NCBI GenBank assembly: GCA_021286855.1
Contig: JAJTBO010000004.1
Coordinates: 175,539 to 199,538, forward strand
Length of the DNA stretch: 24,000 nucleotides
Reading direction: 5' to 3'
Origin: Hyphomicrobiales bacterium
Lineage (GTDB): Bacteria; Pseudomonadota; Alphaproteobacteria; Rhizobiales; Ancalomicrobiaceae
Part shown: piece after piece, positions 9,989 to 19,300 of the stretch
Layout of the letters: the number at the start of each line of letters is the position of its first letter
Numbering within the stretch: position 1 is the stretch's first letter
The notes under the pieces: generated by a model
The model's database searches: none
Told to the model about the DNA's origin: nothing
The model's input: only the letters and a program-made list of their open reading frames with translations
Translations under genes and position numbers: made by a program

Positions 9989-10198
9989 TCAGTCGACCGC
10001 CACCAGACGGCTCGGCGGGCCGCGCCGGTCGGTCTTGACGACGATGGTGCAGGCCGACGGCGGACAGGAATCCGGCGTCGTCGCCACCTGGACCAGATCG
10101 CCGGGCGTCGACGCCTGATCGCGGGCGACCGCGAGAGCGGACGCGCCGGTCACGACGAGAGCGGAGAGGAAGGCGATCGTCTTGCGATTCGTCACCAT
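9989..10198 (-). CDS. Small hypothetical secreted protein (69 aa, signal peptide, one Cys pair)
   Basis: ATG at complement 10196-10198 is preceded by GGAGG 6 nt upstream. The N-terminus MVTNRKTIAFLSALVVTGASALA|VARDQ looks like a Sec signal with an AxA site. The mature part, ~46 aa, contains CPPSAC. Third codon positions are almost all G/C, consistent with real coding. I recognise no family. Confidence 0.45.
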   Translation of the reverse strand: MVTNRKTIAFLSALVVTGASALAVARDQASTPGDLVQVATTPDSCPPSACTIVVKTDRRGPPSRLVAVD

Positions 10199-10514
10199 GC
10201 TGCACCTCCGAGACAATCTCGAGCCTACGGTCACACCCTACCGCGAATCGATTTAAATTTCTGCCCCGAAACTGCCGAAACCGTTGACGTCGGGTTAATG
10301 GGATCGCGAAAATCGTTCACGATCGCGTGTGCGCGCCGACGGAGCCGCCCAGACCGCGTCCGCGACGCCGGACGGCGGCCGCCGCGCGCCCGAAACGCGC
10401 CGGGAAACCGGGCCGAACGAGCCGTGACGTCCTCGTCAGACGCTTGACGTCTGCGTCCGCCCTGCGACGATGCGCGCTTCCGCGCCGGCCGGCGCGACGC
10501 CAGACGAGGACGCC

Positions 10515-10943
10515 ATGACCGACCAGCCGACGCTCGACGCCTATCCCGCCCGCGCCTACGACAAGCTGCGCTACGGCGACACCGACCGGCAGGGCCACGT
10601 CAACAACGCGGTCTTCGCCACCTTCTTCGAGACCGGTCGGGTCGAGATGATCCTGGCCGACGGCGCGCCGCTGACGGAACCCGGCCAATCCTTCGTGCTC
10701 GCCCGGATCGAGATCGATCTTTCCGCCGAAATCTTCTGGCCGGGGACGGTGGAGATCGGGTCGCGCGTCGCGCGGATCGGCCGCTCGTCGATCGGCATCG
10801 AGCAGGCGCTGTTCCAGAACGGCCGGCTCTGCGCCAAGGCGATTTCGGTGGTGGTGCTGGTCGACGACGCGACGCATCGCTCGACGCCGTTCTCGCCCGC
10901 CGCCGTGGCCCGGCTCGAAGGGCTGACGGCGAAGGCGGCATGA
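10515..10943 (+). CDS. Acyl-CoA thioesterase, 4HBT/YbgC hot-dog fold
   Basis: 142 aa from ATG 10515 (RBS GAGGA 5 nt upstream). LRYGDTDRQGHVNNAVFATFFE is the typical 4HBT catalytic-Asp region, and the size is that of a single hot-dog domain. Confidence 0.82.
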   Translation: MTDQPTLDAYPARAYDKLRYGDTDRQGHVNNAVFATFFETGRVEMILADGAPLTEPGQSFVLARIEIDLSAEIFWPGTVEIGSRVARIGRSSIGIEQALFQNGRLCAKAISVVVLVDDATHRSTPFSPAAVARLEGLTAKAA

Positions 10944-11021
10944 CGGACGCCGGGGCTCGCCGGGCATTGGCGTCGCCGCCTGCGATCGGCTAAGGTCCGG
11001 CGCAATCACGGAGCCTCGCCC

Positions 11022-11843
11022 ATGTCGCACGATCCCGCCGCCGCCACTTCGCCCTCCCCGTCCGCCGCCGGCGACGGCGCGGCCGCGTCGGGGGCGACCG
11101 CGTCCTTCGGCTTCACGCAAGTGCCGCTCGAGGAGAAGCAGCATCTCGTCGACGACGTCTTCCACAAGGTGGCGACGCGCTACGACGTGATGAACGACGT
11201 GATGTCGGGCGGGCTGCACCGTCTGTGGAAGGACGCGATGGTGGCGAAGCTGTCGCCGCCGCGGATCGGCCGCCGCTCCTACGAGGTGTTGGACATGGCC
11301 GGCGGCACCGGCGACATCGCCTTCCGCATCGTCGAGAAGTCGGACCGCAAGGCCAAGGTCACGGTCTCCGACATCAACGGCTCGATGCTGGCGGTCGGGC
11401 GCGAACGGGCCGAGAAGCGCGGCCTTCTCGCCAATCTCGACTTCGTCGAGGCCAACGCCGAGGAACTGCCGTTCGAGGCGAACCGCTTCGACGCCTATAC
11501 GATCGCCTTCGGCATCCGCAACGTGCCGCGCATCGACAAGGCGCTGGCCGAGGCCCATCGCGTGCTGAAGCCGGGCGGGCGGATTCTGGTGCTGGAATTC
11601 TCCCAGGTCGTGCTGCCGGTCCTCGACAAGATCTACGACGCCTTCTCCTTCAACGTGATCCCGTTGATGGGGCGGGCGATCGCCGGCGACGGCGAACCCT
11701 ATCGCTATCTCGTCGAGTCGATCCGCAAGTTTCCGAACCAGGAGAAGTTCGCGCAGATGATCCGCGACGCCGGCTTCTCCCGCGTCGACTACACCAACTA
11801 CACCGGCGGCATCGCCGCGCTGCACTCCGGCTGGAAGATCTGA
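11022..11843 (+). CDS. ubiE: Bifunctional demethylmenaquinone / 2-methoxy-6-polyprenyl-1,4-benzoquinol C-methyltransferase
   Basis: 273 aa. [43 protein letters not shown] is the UbiE/MenG signature. The SAM motif is [12 protein letters not shown]. It ends with RKFPNQEKF...[12 protein letters not shown] low-complexity Ala/Ser-rich N-terminal extension is present. Confidence 0.95.
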   Translation: MSHDPAAATSPSPSAAGDGAAASGATASFGFTQVPLEEKQHLVDDVFHKVATRYDVMNDVMSGGLHRLWKDAMVAKLSPPRIGRRSYEVLDMAGGTGDIAFRIVEKSDRKAKVTVSDINGSMLAVGRERAEKRGLLANLDFVEANAEELPFEANRFDAYTIAFGIRNVPRIDKALAEAHRVLKPGGRILVLEFSQVVLPVLDKIYDAFSFNVIPLMGRAIAGDGEPYRYLVESIRKFPNQEKFAQMIRDAGFSRVDYTNYTGGIAALHSGWKI

Positions 11844-11847
11844 GGCC

Positions 11848-13434
11848 ATGGCGAGCGCGATCGGTTCGCTCATCCGACTGGCGCGGGCCGGCTGGGTGTT
11901 GGCGCGCGAAGGCGTCGTCACGGCGATGGCGCCGCCGGATCCCCCGGCGATCGGACGGCTCGCCCTGTGGGCCGCCGGCCTGGTCGAACGACGCGAAGCG
12001 GGGGGCGTGTCGCGCGGCCTGAGAGCCAGCCGGGCGCTGAACCGTCTCGGCCCCTCCTACGTCAAGCTCGGCCAGTTCCTGGCGACCCGGCCGGACGTGG
12101 TCGGCCGCGCCATGGCCGACGACCTCGAGGCGCTGCAGGACCGGGTCGAGCCGTTCTCCTCCGACGTCGCGAGGGCGATCGTGGCGAAGAGCCTCGGCAA
12201 ACCGCTCGACGAGGTCTTCCTCGCCTTCGGCGACGCGGTCGCGGCCGCCTCGATCGCCCAGGTCCACAAGGCGCGGGTGCGGACCCGGTCGGGCGAGGAG
12301 AAGGACGTCGCGGTCAAGGTGCTGCGTCCGGACGTCGAGATCCGCTTCCGGCGCGATCTCGACGCCTTCTATCTCGCGGCGAAGCTGATCGAGGCCTTCG
12401 TCCCCTTCACGCGGCGGCTGCGGCCGATCGCGGTCGTCGACACGCTCGCCCGTTCGGTGCGGCTGGAGATGGACCTGCGGCTCGAGGCGGCGGCGCTGTC
12501 GGAGATGGCGGAGAACACCGCCGGCGATCCCGATTTCCGCGTCCCGAGCGTCGACTGGGAGCGCACCCAGCGCACCGTGCTGACGCTCGAATGGATCGAC
12601 GGGATCAAGCTCAACGAGCCGGAGCGGCTGGCGGCGAGCGGCCACGATCCGATCCGGTTGGCGCGCGTGGTGATGCAGTCGTTCCTGCGCCACGCCATGC
12701 GCGACGGCTTCTTCCACGCCGACATGCACCAGGGCAACCTGTTCGTCGACGCGAAGGGCGATCTCGTCGCGGTCGACTTCGGCATCACCGGCCGGCTCAA
12801 TCCGGCGGAGCGGCGCTTCCTCGCCGAGATTCTCTACGGCTTCATCACCCGCGACTACATGCGCACCGCGCGGGTGCATTTCGAGGCCGGCTACGTGCCG
12901 GCGAGCCACGAGCTCGAGGTCTTCGCCCAGGCGCTCCGGGCGGTCGGCGAACCGTTGCGCGACCGGCCGCCGCGCGAGATCTCGATGGCGGGGCTGCTCG
13001 GCCAACTCTTCGAATACACCGACGTCTTCGACATGAAGACGCAGCCGCGCCTGATCCTCCTGCAGAAGACCATGGTGGTGGTCGAGGGCGTCGGGCGCGT
13101 GCTCGATCCGGATCTCGACATCTGGGCGGTGTCGGAGCCGGTGGTGCGCGAGTGGGTCGCCGCCAATCTCGGCCCCGGCGCCCGGCTCGCCGACGTCGGC
13201 GAGAGCGCCGGGGCGGCCGGCCGACTTGCGCTCGCCCTGCCGCGGCTCGCCGACCGTCTGGAGACGGTGACGGACGCCGCCGCGCGGTGGGCGGAAGCGG
13301 GCGTCCGGCTCGACGCCGAGACGGTCGAACGGCTGGCGCGGGAGACGCATCGCCGCGGCCTCGTCGAACGCATCGCCTGGGTCGTCGCAGCGGCTTCCCT
13401 CGCGACGATCGCCTATGTCATGATGACTTCCTAA
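11848..13434 (+). CDS. ubiB: Ubiquinone biosynthesis protein UbiB (ABC1/ADCK atypical kinase family)
   Basis: 528 aa, starting 4 nt after ubiE. ABC1 motifs are LGPSYVKLGQFLATRPD, AAASIAQVHKA, GFFHADMHQGNLFV, DFGI. A C-terminal hydrophobic segment (IAWVVAAASLATIAYVMM) is present. Confidence 0.95.
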   Translation: MASAIGSLIRLARAGWVLAREGVVTAMAPPDPPAIGRLALWAAGLVERREAGGVSRGLRASRALNRLGPSYVKLGQFLATRPDVVGRAMADDLEALQDRVEPFSSDVARAIVAKSLGKPLDEVFLAFGDAVAAASIAQVHKARVRTRSGEEKDVAVKVLRPDVEIRFRRDLDAFYLAAKLIEAFVPFTRRLRPIAVVDTLARSVRLEMDLRLEAAALSEMAENTAGDPDFRVPSVDWERTQRTVLTLEWIDGIKLNEPERLAASGHDPIRLARVVMQSFLRHAMRDGFFHADMHQGNLFVDAKGDLVAVDFGITGRLNPAERRFLAEILYGFITRDYMRTARVHFEAGYVPASHELEVFAQALRAVGEPLRDRPPREISMAGLLGQLFEYTDVFDMKTQPRLILLQKTMVVVEGVGRVLDPDLDIWAVSEPVVREWVAANLGPGARLADVGESAGAAGRLALALPRLADRLETVTDAAARWAEAGVRLDAETVERLARETHRRGLVERIAWVVAAASLATIAYVMMTS

Positions 13435-13498
13435 TATATCCGAGCCGCCGTCGGACGGGACGCGGACGGACCAAACGGAACGACCGAGGAGGAACCCC

Positions 13499-14098
13499 AT
13501 GACCACCGACGCGCGCCTCGACGCCCTTTTCGCCAGGATCGACGCCGAAAACGCCGACGACCCGAAATCGATCGAGGTCGGCGGCGCAATGCGTCCCTAT
13601 GCGGTCGTCTATGGCGAGCGGATGAGCGAACGGCTCGCCAAGCTCGCCCCAGAGGCCTCGGATCTCCTGAAGATCGCGGCGCGGGCCCAGCACATCCGCC
13701 GCTTCGACACGCCGCGCGGCGACTATCCGATGGACAAGCCCGGCTACCATGCCTGGCGCAACGCGCTGAAGGTCCACCACGCCGAAGTGGTCGGCAAGCT
13801 GATGGCGGAGCTCGGCTGGACGGACGCGGAGATCGCGCGGGTCGGCCAGCTCGTCCGCAAGGAGGCGATCAAGCGCGATCCGGAGGCCCAGACGGTCGAG
13901 GATTGCGCCAGCCTCGTCTTCCTCGAGCACGAATATGCCGAGTTCGGCGAGAAATACGCCGACGAGAAGGTCGTCGACATCGTCGCCAAGACCTGGCGCA
14001 AGATGTCGGACGCCGGCCACGCCCAGGCGCTGGGACTGGTCCCGCTGCTGCCCGAACGGCTGCAGAAGCTGACGGTTCAGGCGGTGACCGGCGGCTGA
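13499..14098 (+). CDS. DUF4202-family protein (function unknown)
   Basis: 199 aa, with RBS GAGGAGG. The pattern ...YGERMSERL...LKIAARAQHIRRF..PR..YP....GY..WR..L...HA...DCASLVFLE matches my memory of DUF4202 proteins. Its 3' end overlaps the convergent flavoprotein gene by 22 nt. Confidence 0.75.
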   Translation: MTTDARLDALFARIDAENADDPKSIEVGGAMRPYAVVYGERMSERLAKLAPEASDLLKIAARAQHIRRFDTPRGDYPMDKPGYHAWRNALKVHHAEVVGKLMAELGWTDAEIARVGQLVRKEAIKRDPEAQTVEDCASLVFLEHEYAEFGEKYADEKVVDIVAKTWRKMSDAGHAQALGLVPLLPERLQKLTVQAVTGG

Positions 14099-15309
14099 GC
14101 GCCGGTTTCGGCGAGCCGGCGCACGACGCCCTCGCCGGCGGCGCGACCGGTGGAGAAGCTCGCCTGCAGCAGGAAGCCGCCGGTCGGGGCCTCCCAGTCG
14201 AGCATCTCGCCGCAGACGAAGACGCCGGGCAGCTTCTTCAGCATGTAGTCCGCATCCACTTCGTCGAAGCGGACGCCGCCGGCGGAGGAGATCGCCCGAT
14301 CGATCGGCCGGGCGGCGACCACGGTCAGCGTCGTCGCCTTGATCAGCTTCGCGAGGTCTTCCGGCGCGGTCGGCAGGCGGCCGCCGACGCCCTCGCGCAA
14401 CAGGCCGATCGCCACCGGCGGCAGGCCGGCCGACTTGCGCAGCACGTTCGACTGGCTGTCGCCCTTGCGAGAGCGCCCGAGCGCGATGGCGAGTTCGTCG
14501 GCCGACATGCCCGGCTTCAGATCGAGCTCGACCTTGATCGGCCCGGCCTCGGCGATCGCGTCGCGTAAGGGGCCGGACAGGGCGTAGATGGCGCCCCCTT
14601 CGAGCCCGTCGCGGGTGACCATCGCCTCGCCGAGCGCGACGAGGCCGCGGAAGCGCAGCGCCACGCGCTTCAACGGTTCGCCCTCGAAGCGGGTGCGGAA
14701 GACGTCGCTCCAGGGGATGACGAAGCCGCAGTTGGTCGGACGCAGCGGCGCGATCTCGACGCCGAGGTCGGCGAGGGTCGTCGTCCAGGCCCCGTCGGAG
14801 CCGAGCCGCGGCCAGCTCGCGCCGCCCAGCGCCAGGACCACCGCGTCCGCCGGCAGGGTCACCGTCGCGCCGGTCTCGTCGCGGAAGGCGGCGACGCCGT
14901 CGGCAAAGCCGGTCCACCGCAGGCGCGTGCGGCTCTCGACGCCGAGGCCGGCGAGGCGGCGCAGCCAGGCGCGCAACAGCGGCGAGGCCTTGAAGGAACA
15001 GGGAAAGACCCTGCCCGAGGTGCCGACGAAGGTCTCCTCGCCGAGGTCGCGGACGAAGGCGCGCAGCGCCTCGGGCGGAAAGGCCTCGATCGCCGGAGCG
15101 AGCCGCGCCGCCGCCGCGCCGTAGCGGCCGAGAAAGGCGTCGTGGCCCTCGGTGTGGGTGAGGTTGAGGCCGCCGCGGCCGGCCATCAACAGCTTGCGGC
15201 CGAAGGAGGCCATGCGATCGACGATGGTGACCCGGTGACCGGCGGCGGCGGCGACGTCGGCGGCCATCAGTCCGGCCGGCCCGGCCCCCACCACGATCAC
15301 CCGCCCCAT
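14077..15309 (-). CDS. HI0933/BaiN-like NAD(P)/FAD-dependent flavoprotein (TIGR03862-type)
   Basis: 410 aa from ATG (complement 15307-15309): MGRVIVVGAGPAGLMAADVAAAAGHRVTIVDR (dinucleotide-binding GxGxxG), ...GRKLLMAGRGGLNLTH..., and C-terminal PGVFVCGEMLDWEAPTGGFLLQ. The remaining ~316 upstream codons on the ORF track are Arg/Gly-rich and out of context. Confidence 0.85.
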   Translation of the reverse strand: MGRVIVVGAGPAGLMAADVAAAAGHRVTIVDRMASFGRKLLMAGRGGLNLTHTEGHDAFLGRYGAAAARLAPAIEAFPPEALRAFVRDLGEETFVGTSGRVFPCSFKASPLLRAWLRRLAGLGVESRTRLRWTGFADGVAAFRDETGATVTLPADAVVLALGGASWPRLGSDGAWTTTLADLGVEIAPLRPTNCGFVIPWSDVFRTRFEGEPLKRVALRFRGLVALGEAMVTRDGLEGGAIYALSGPLRDAIAEAGPIKVELDLKPGMSADELAIALGRSRKGDSQSNVLRKSAGLPPVAIGLLREGVGGRLPTAPEDLAKLIKATTLTVVAARPIDRAISSAGGVRFDEVDADYMLKKLPGVFVCGEMLDWEAPTGGFLLQASFSTGRAAGEGVVRRLAETGAQPPVTA

Positions 15310-15650
15310 GGTCCATCTCCGCCGTCGGCCGCGATCGTCGAGCGAACGCGACGCCCCGTGGAACCGATTTCGACGAGGTCTCGACGTGTGATCGTCGATC
15401 CGTCGGTGCGACGCAAGTGTCGAAACGACAGTTGTCGGTGGATGAGACGCCCGAATTGACGTCGCGGCATGCGAATCGATGCTGCGATATTTGGCCGCTC
15501 GCCACCCGACGCGGGCAGCCGAAGATCGACGCAACCCGCCGCGATCGTTTCCGAACGTCGAACGATCCTTTCGCTCTCGCGGGGATGGGCGCGGCGGCCG
15601 ATCCGCGCCATCTTCTCCCCGACGGGCGACGCGGATCGCCCACCCCCCCT

Positions 15651-15678
15651 TTCCCGAACTTCCCCCTTCCCGAACTTC
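15651..15678 (+). repeat. Tandem direct repeat TTCCCGAACTTC x2 (period 16) immediately upstream of the wrbA RBS
   Basis: 15651-15662 and 15667-15678 are identical 12-mers separated by CCCC. The second copy ends 2 nt before GGAGA and 12 nt before the wrbA ATG. Confidence 0.5.
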
Positions 15679-15690
15679 TCGGAGACGACG

Positions 15691-16290
15691 ATGACCAAGG
15701 TTCTGGTTCTCTATTATTCGACCTACGGCCACATCGAGACGATGGCCCACGCCGTCGCCGAAGGCGCGCGCGCCGCCGGCGCCGAGGCCGTCGTCAAGCG
15801 GGTGCCGGAGACGGCGCCGGAAGAGATCGCCAAGAACGCGCACTTCAAGCTCGATCAGGCCGCGCCGATCGCCACCGTCGAGGAACTGCCCGAATACGAC
15901 GCGATCGTCTTCGGAGCGCCGACCCGTTTCGGCTCGTTCCCCTCGCAGATGCGCGCCTTCCTCGATCAGACCGGCGGTCTGTGGTTCCAGGGCAAGCTGA
16001 TCGGCAAGGTCGGCTCGGCCTTCACCTCGTCGGCGACCCAGCACGGCGGTCAGGAATCGACGCTTCTCACCTTCCTGCCGACGATGCTCCATCACGGCAT
16101 GGTGGTGGTCGGCCTGCCCTATTCCTACGCGGGGCAGATGACGCTCGACGAGATCGCCGGCGGTTCGCCCTATGGCGCCTCGACGATCGCCGCCGGCGAC
16201 GGTTCGCGCCAGCCCTCGACCAACGAACTCGACGCCGCCCGCTTCCAGGGCAAACACGTCGCCGAGATCGCGGCCAAGCTGAAGGGCTGA
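15691..16290 (+). CDS. wrbA: NAD(P)H:quinone oxidoreductase, type IV (WrbA flavodoxin-like)
   Basis: 199 aa from ATG 15691 ([25 protein letters not shown]...FGAPTRFG...[14 protein letters not shown]...PYGASTIAG). These are canonical WrbA motifs and the length is canonical. Confidence 0.95.
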   Translation: MTKVLVLYYSTYGHIETMAHAVAEGARAAGAEAVVKRVPETAPEEIAKNAHFKLDQAAPIATVEELPEYDAIVFGAPTRFGSFPSQMRAFLDQTGGLWFQGKLIGKVGSAFTSSATQHGGQESTLLTFLPTMLHHGMVVVGLPYSYAGQMTLDEIAGGSPYGASTIAAGDGSRQPSTNELDAARFQGKHVAEIAAKLKG

Positions 16291-16356
16291 TCCCGCCCGC
16301 CGGATCGCCCTCCCCGCCCGCCCCCGGGGGGCGATCCGACCTCGACACGACGCTCG

Positions 16357-16384
16357 CCCCGCCGATCGCTCTCGATCGGCGGGG
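16357..16384. terminator. Bidirectional rho-independent-type hairpin between wrbA and the aas fusion gene (CCCCGCCGATCG-ctct-CGATCGGCGGGG)
   Basis: A perfect 12-bp stem with a 4-nt loop, followed on the + strand by CTTCTCGTTC. A second GC palindrome lies just upstream (CGGATCGCCC ... GGGCGATCCG, 16311..16338). Confidence 0.55.
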
Positions 16385-16392
16385 CTTCTCGT

Positions 16393-19300
16393 TCAGGCGC
16401 CGACGCCGGCCGCTTCGCGCACCAGCCGCGTCACGGCGAGGTTGTCGATCTTGCCGGTGCCGAGCAGCGGCATCTTCTCCCAGATCACGACCTCGGACGG
16501 GTTCATCAGTTCCGAGACGCCGGCCGCCTTGGCCGCGGCGACGAAGTCGGCGCGAGCCGCGCCGGGTTCGGTCACGACCAGCACGACGCGTTCGCCCTTG
16601 CGCGGATCCGGCACGGCGGCGGCGGCGGCCTGGGCCGTCGGCCAGACCGTGGCGGCGAGCTTTTCGATCGCGGCGAGCGAGACCATCTCCCCGCCGATCT
16701 TGGCGAAGCGCTTGGCGCGTCCGAGGATGGTGACGAAGCCGTCCTCGTCGATCTTCACGATGTCGCCGGTGTCGTGACGACCTTCCGGCGGCGGCTCCAG
16801 CACGCCGGGGGCTTCGGCGCGCAGATAGCCGAGCATGACGTTCGGTCCCTCGAGATGGAGACGCCCCCCCTCCTCGATCCCGGCGACCGGCTCGAGGAGG
16901 GGGATCATGCCGGGCAGGAGCCGGCCGACGGTGCCGAAACGGTTGAACATCGGCGTGTTGAGCGCCACCACCGGCGCCGTCTCGGTGACGCCGTAGCCCT
17001 CCAGGATGCGCAGGCCGAACTTCTCCATCCAGGCGCGGCGGGTCGTCTCCTTGACCGCTTCCGCACCGGCGACGACGTAGCGCAGCGAGCGGAAGTCGTA
17101 AGGATGGGCGGCGCGGGCGTAGCCGGCGAGGAAGGTGTCGGTGCCGAACAGGATGGTGGCGTTGAAGCCGTAGACCAGCTCCGGCACCACCCGATAGTGC
17201 AACGGCGAGGGGTAGAGGAAGACCGGCACGCCGGAGACCAGCGGCAGCACCAGACCGGCGGTCAGGCCGAAGGAATGGAACGCCGGCAGCACCAGCAGCA
17301 CCTTGTCGGAGCGGCCGAAGTCGATTCGGGCGGCGACCTGGGCGACGTTGGCCAGCATGTTGCGCGACGACAGAACGACGCCCTTCGGCGTGCCTTCGGA
17401 CCCGGAGGTGAAGAGGATGGCGACGGCGTCGTCGGGACCGCGACGATGCAGCGGACGCCGCCACAGGGCGAGGCCCCACAGCCGTTCGAAGAAACCGATC
17501 TCGCCGCGCAGGTCCTCGAGCCAGAGGATGTTCGTCTCGCTCTTCAGGCCTTCGATCAACGTCTCGAGCCTCGCCTTCTCGACGAAGGCGCGCGAGGTGA
17601 CGATCGTGCCGATCTCGGCGGCGGCGATCGCGGCGCGGACGTTGGCGAGGCCGGCGGTGAAGTTGATCATCGCCGGGACGCGGCCGGCCGAGTGCAGGCC
17701 GAAGACGGCGACGGCGGCGGCGTTGGCGTTGGGCAGCATCACTCCGACCGCGCCGCCGAGCGGCGCGAGCCGGGCGAGACGGCGGCCGAGGACCCGGGCG
17801 CCGGCGAGCAGACGGCGATAGGTGAGGCTTCCGGCGACCGGATCCTCCACCGCGACGCGGCCGGGGCCTTCGTGCATCGCCGCCGCGATCAGGGCGTCGA
17901 TCACCGAGTGGTCGACGCGGGTGGTGCGATAGAGCAGATCCGACATCACGCCATAGAGCGCCGCGCCGGCGGCGCGGCGGCGAGCGCGGCCGACGAGCTT
18001 CGGATCGACCTCCAACGGACGACCCGGCAGGATGGTGACGCGGACCTTGGGGAAGAGGCGGCGGCGGACCTGCGAGCGGGCGAGACGGGTGAAGACGGTC
18101 TGCTCGAGCCCCTCGATGCGCACAGGGATCACGGTCGCGCCGGTCTTGATCGCGACGAGGCCGGCGCCGTCGTAGACCTTCATCAGCGAGCCGGTGACGG
18201 TGAGACGGCCTTCGGGGAAGATCACCAGGGGATCGCCGCTCTCCACCCCGTGGATCAGGCTGCGGGTCGCCATCGGCTTCAAGGGGTCGAGCGCCAGCGC
18301 GCGGGCGACCTTCAGGAACGGCCGGACCCACCATTTACGGGCGATGGTCGCGTCGATGGCGAAGACCGGTTCGCGTTCCATCAGGGCGAGCGCGAGGCCG
18401 GCGTCGAGGAAGGAGACGTGGTTCAGCGCCACCACGGTGCGCGGCCCGAGATTTTCCAGATGCTCGCCGCCGACCACCTCCAGGCGGAAGACGATCCGGT
18501 AGAGCAGGAAGAGGAGATCGCGCAGCGGGTGGGTCGGCAGGGAGAGGAGGATCGCGACGGCGACGAGGAGGCCGATCGCGGCGAGGCCGGCCCAGATCGC
18601 GGCGAGCGAGACGCCGGCCGACTGGAGCGCGGCCACCGTCAGCGCGGCCACCGTCATGAAGAAGGCGTTGAGCACGTTGACGGCGGCGACGACGCGGGCG
18701 CGCGCCTCGATCGGCGCCCAGGTCTGGAGCGCCGCGAAGATCGGCACGATGAAGAGGCCGCCGGCGACCGCGAGACCGGCCATGGCGAGGGCGATGCGCC
18801 GGGCGGTCGGATCGGCGAGCGCGGCGGCGAGCCCGAGCGTCCCGCCGGAGGGCGTCGGCGCGACGGCGAGCGCCCAGGCGGCGAGCGCCGCGAAGAGCGC
18901 CATGAAGAGCGCGGCGATCGGCGTTCCGGCGAGCACGATGCGGTGGCCGGAGAGCCAGGCGGCGAGGCCGGAGCCGACCGCGATGGCGACGGCGAAGACG
19001 GCGAGAAAGACGGTGACGAGTTCGTCGACGCCGCCGAGCTCGCCCTTCACCACGGTCGGCAACAGCGCCAGCGCGACCGCGCCGACCGCCCAGAACCAAC
19101 TCGAGGCGAGACCGGCCCAGACGAGGCGGCGGTCCCGGCCGAGATCGGCGAGGAGCGCGACCGTCGAGGCGACGACGTTGGCGCGGATGCGCAGGCCGGG
19201 CACGCCCCGCCCGGTCTTCGGGATGGCGAAGGCGGCGAAGACCGCGGCGACGGCGAAGACCAGCATCAGCCCGGCGAGGCTCATCGGATCGCCGCCGTCG

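Noticed and set aside
10243-10252. 10-mer GCGAATCGAT (containing a GANTC CcrM-type site) present at 10243..10252 and 15471..15480, with CGAATCGA again near 19859.
   Set aside because: 10-mer recurrences are expected by chance at this window size. GANTC sites are too short to interpret without methylome or genome-wide enrichment data.
14077-14098. 22-nt overlap of the convergent 3' ends of the DUF4202 gene and the flavoprotein gene, considered as a sign of a mis-called stop or frameshift.
   Set aside because: Both reading frames run cleanly to their stops, with family-typical lengths (199 and 410 aa). Short convergent overlaps are common in compact GC-rich genomes.
15360-15390. Possible EcfG general-stress promoter (GGAAC-N16-17-CGTT) upstream of wrbA, prompted by GGAAC at 15360..15364 and the GAAC cores in the tandem 12-mers.
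   Set aside because: No CGTT (or GGTT) lies at the required 16-17-nt spacing after any of the GGAAC/GAAC occurrences, so the consensus is not met.
16067-18334. 755-aa and 532-aa (18335..19933) same-strand, out-of-frame ORFs inside the aas fusion gene, plus the many 60-250-aa ORFs nested in other genes (e.g. 22616..23041 in regB, 11225..12022, 11967..13502).
   Set aside because: They are alternative frames of well-supported genes, with extreme Arg/Pro content and no independent start signals. They are composition artefacts rather than overprinted genes, and I have no evidence for overprinting.
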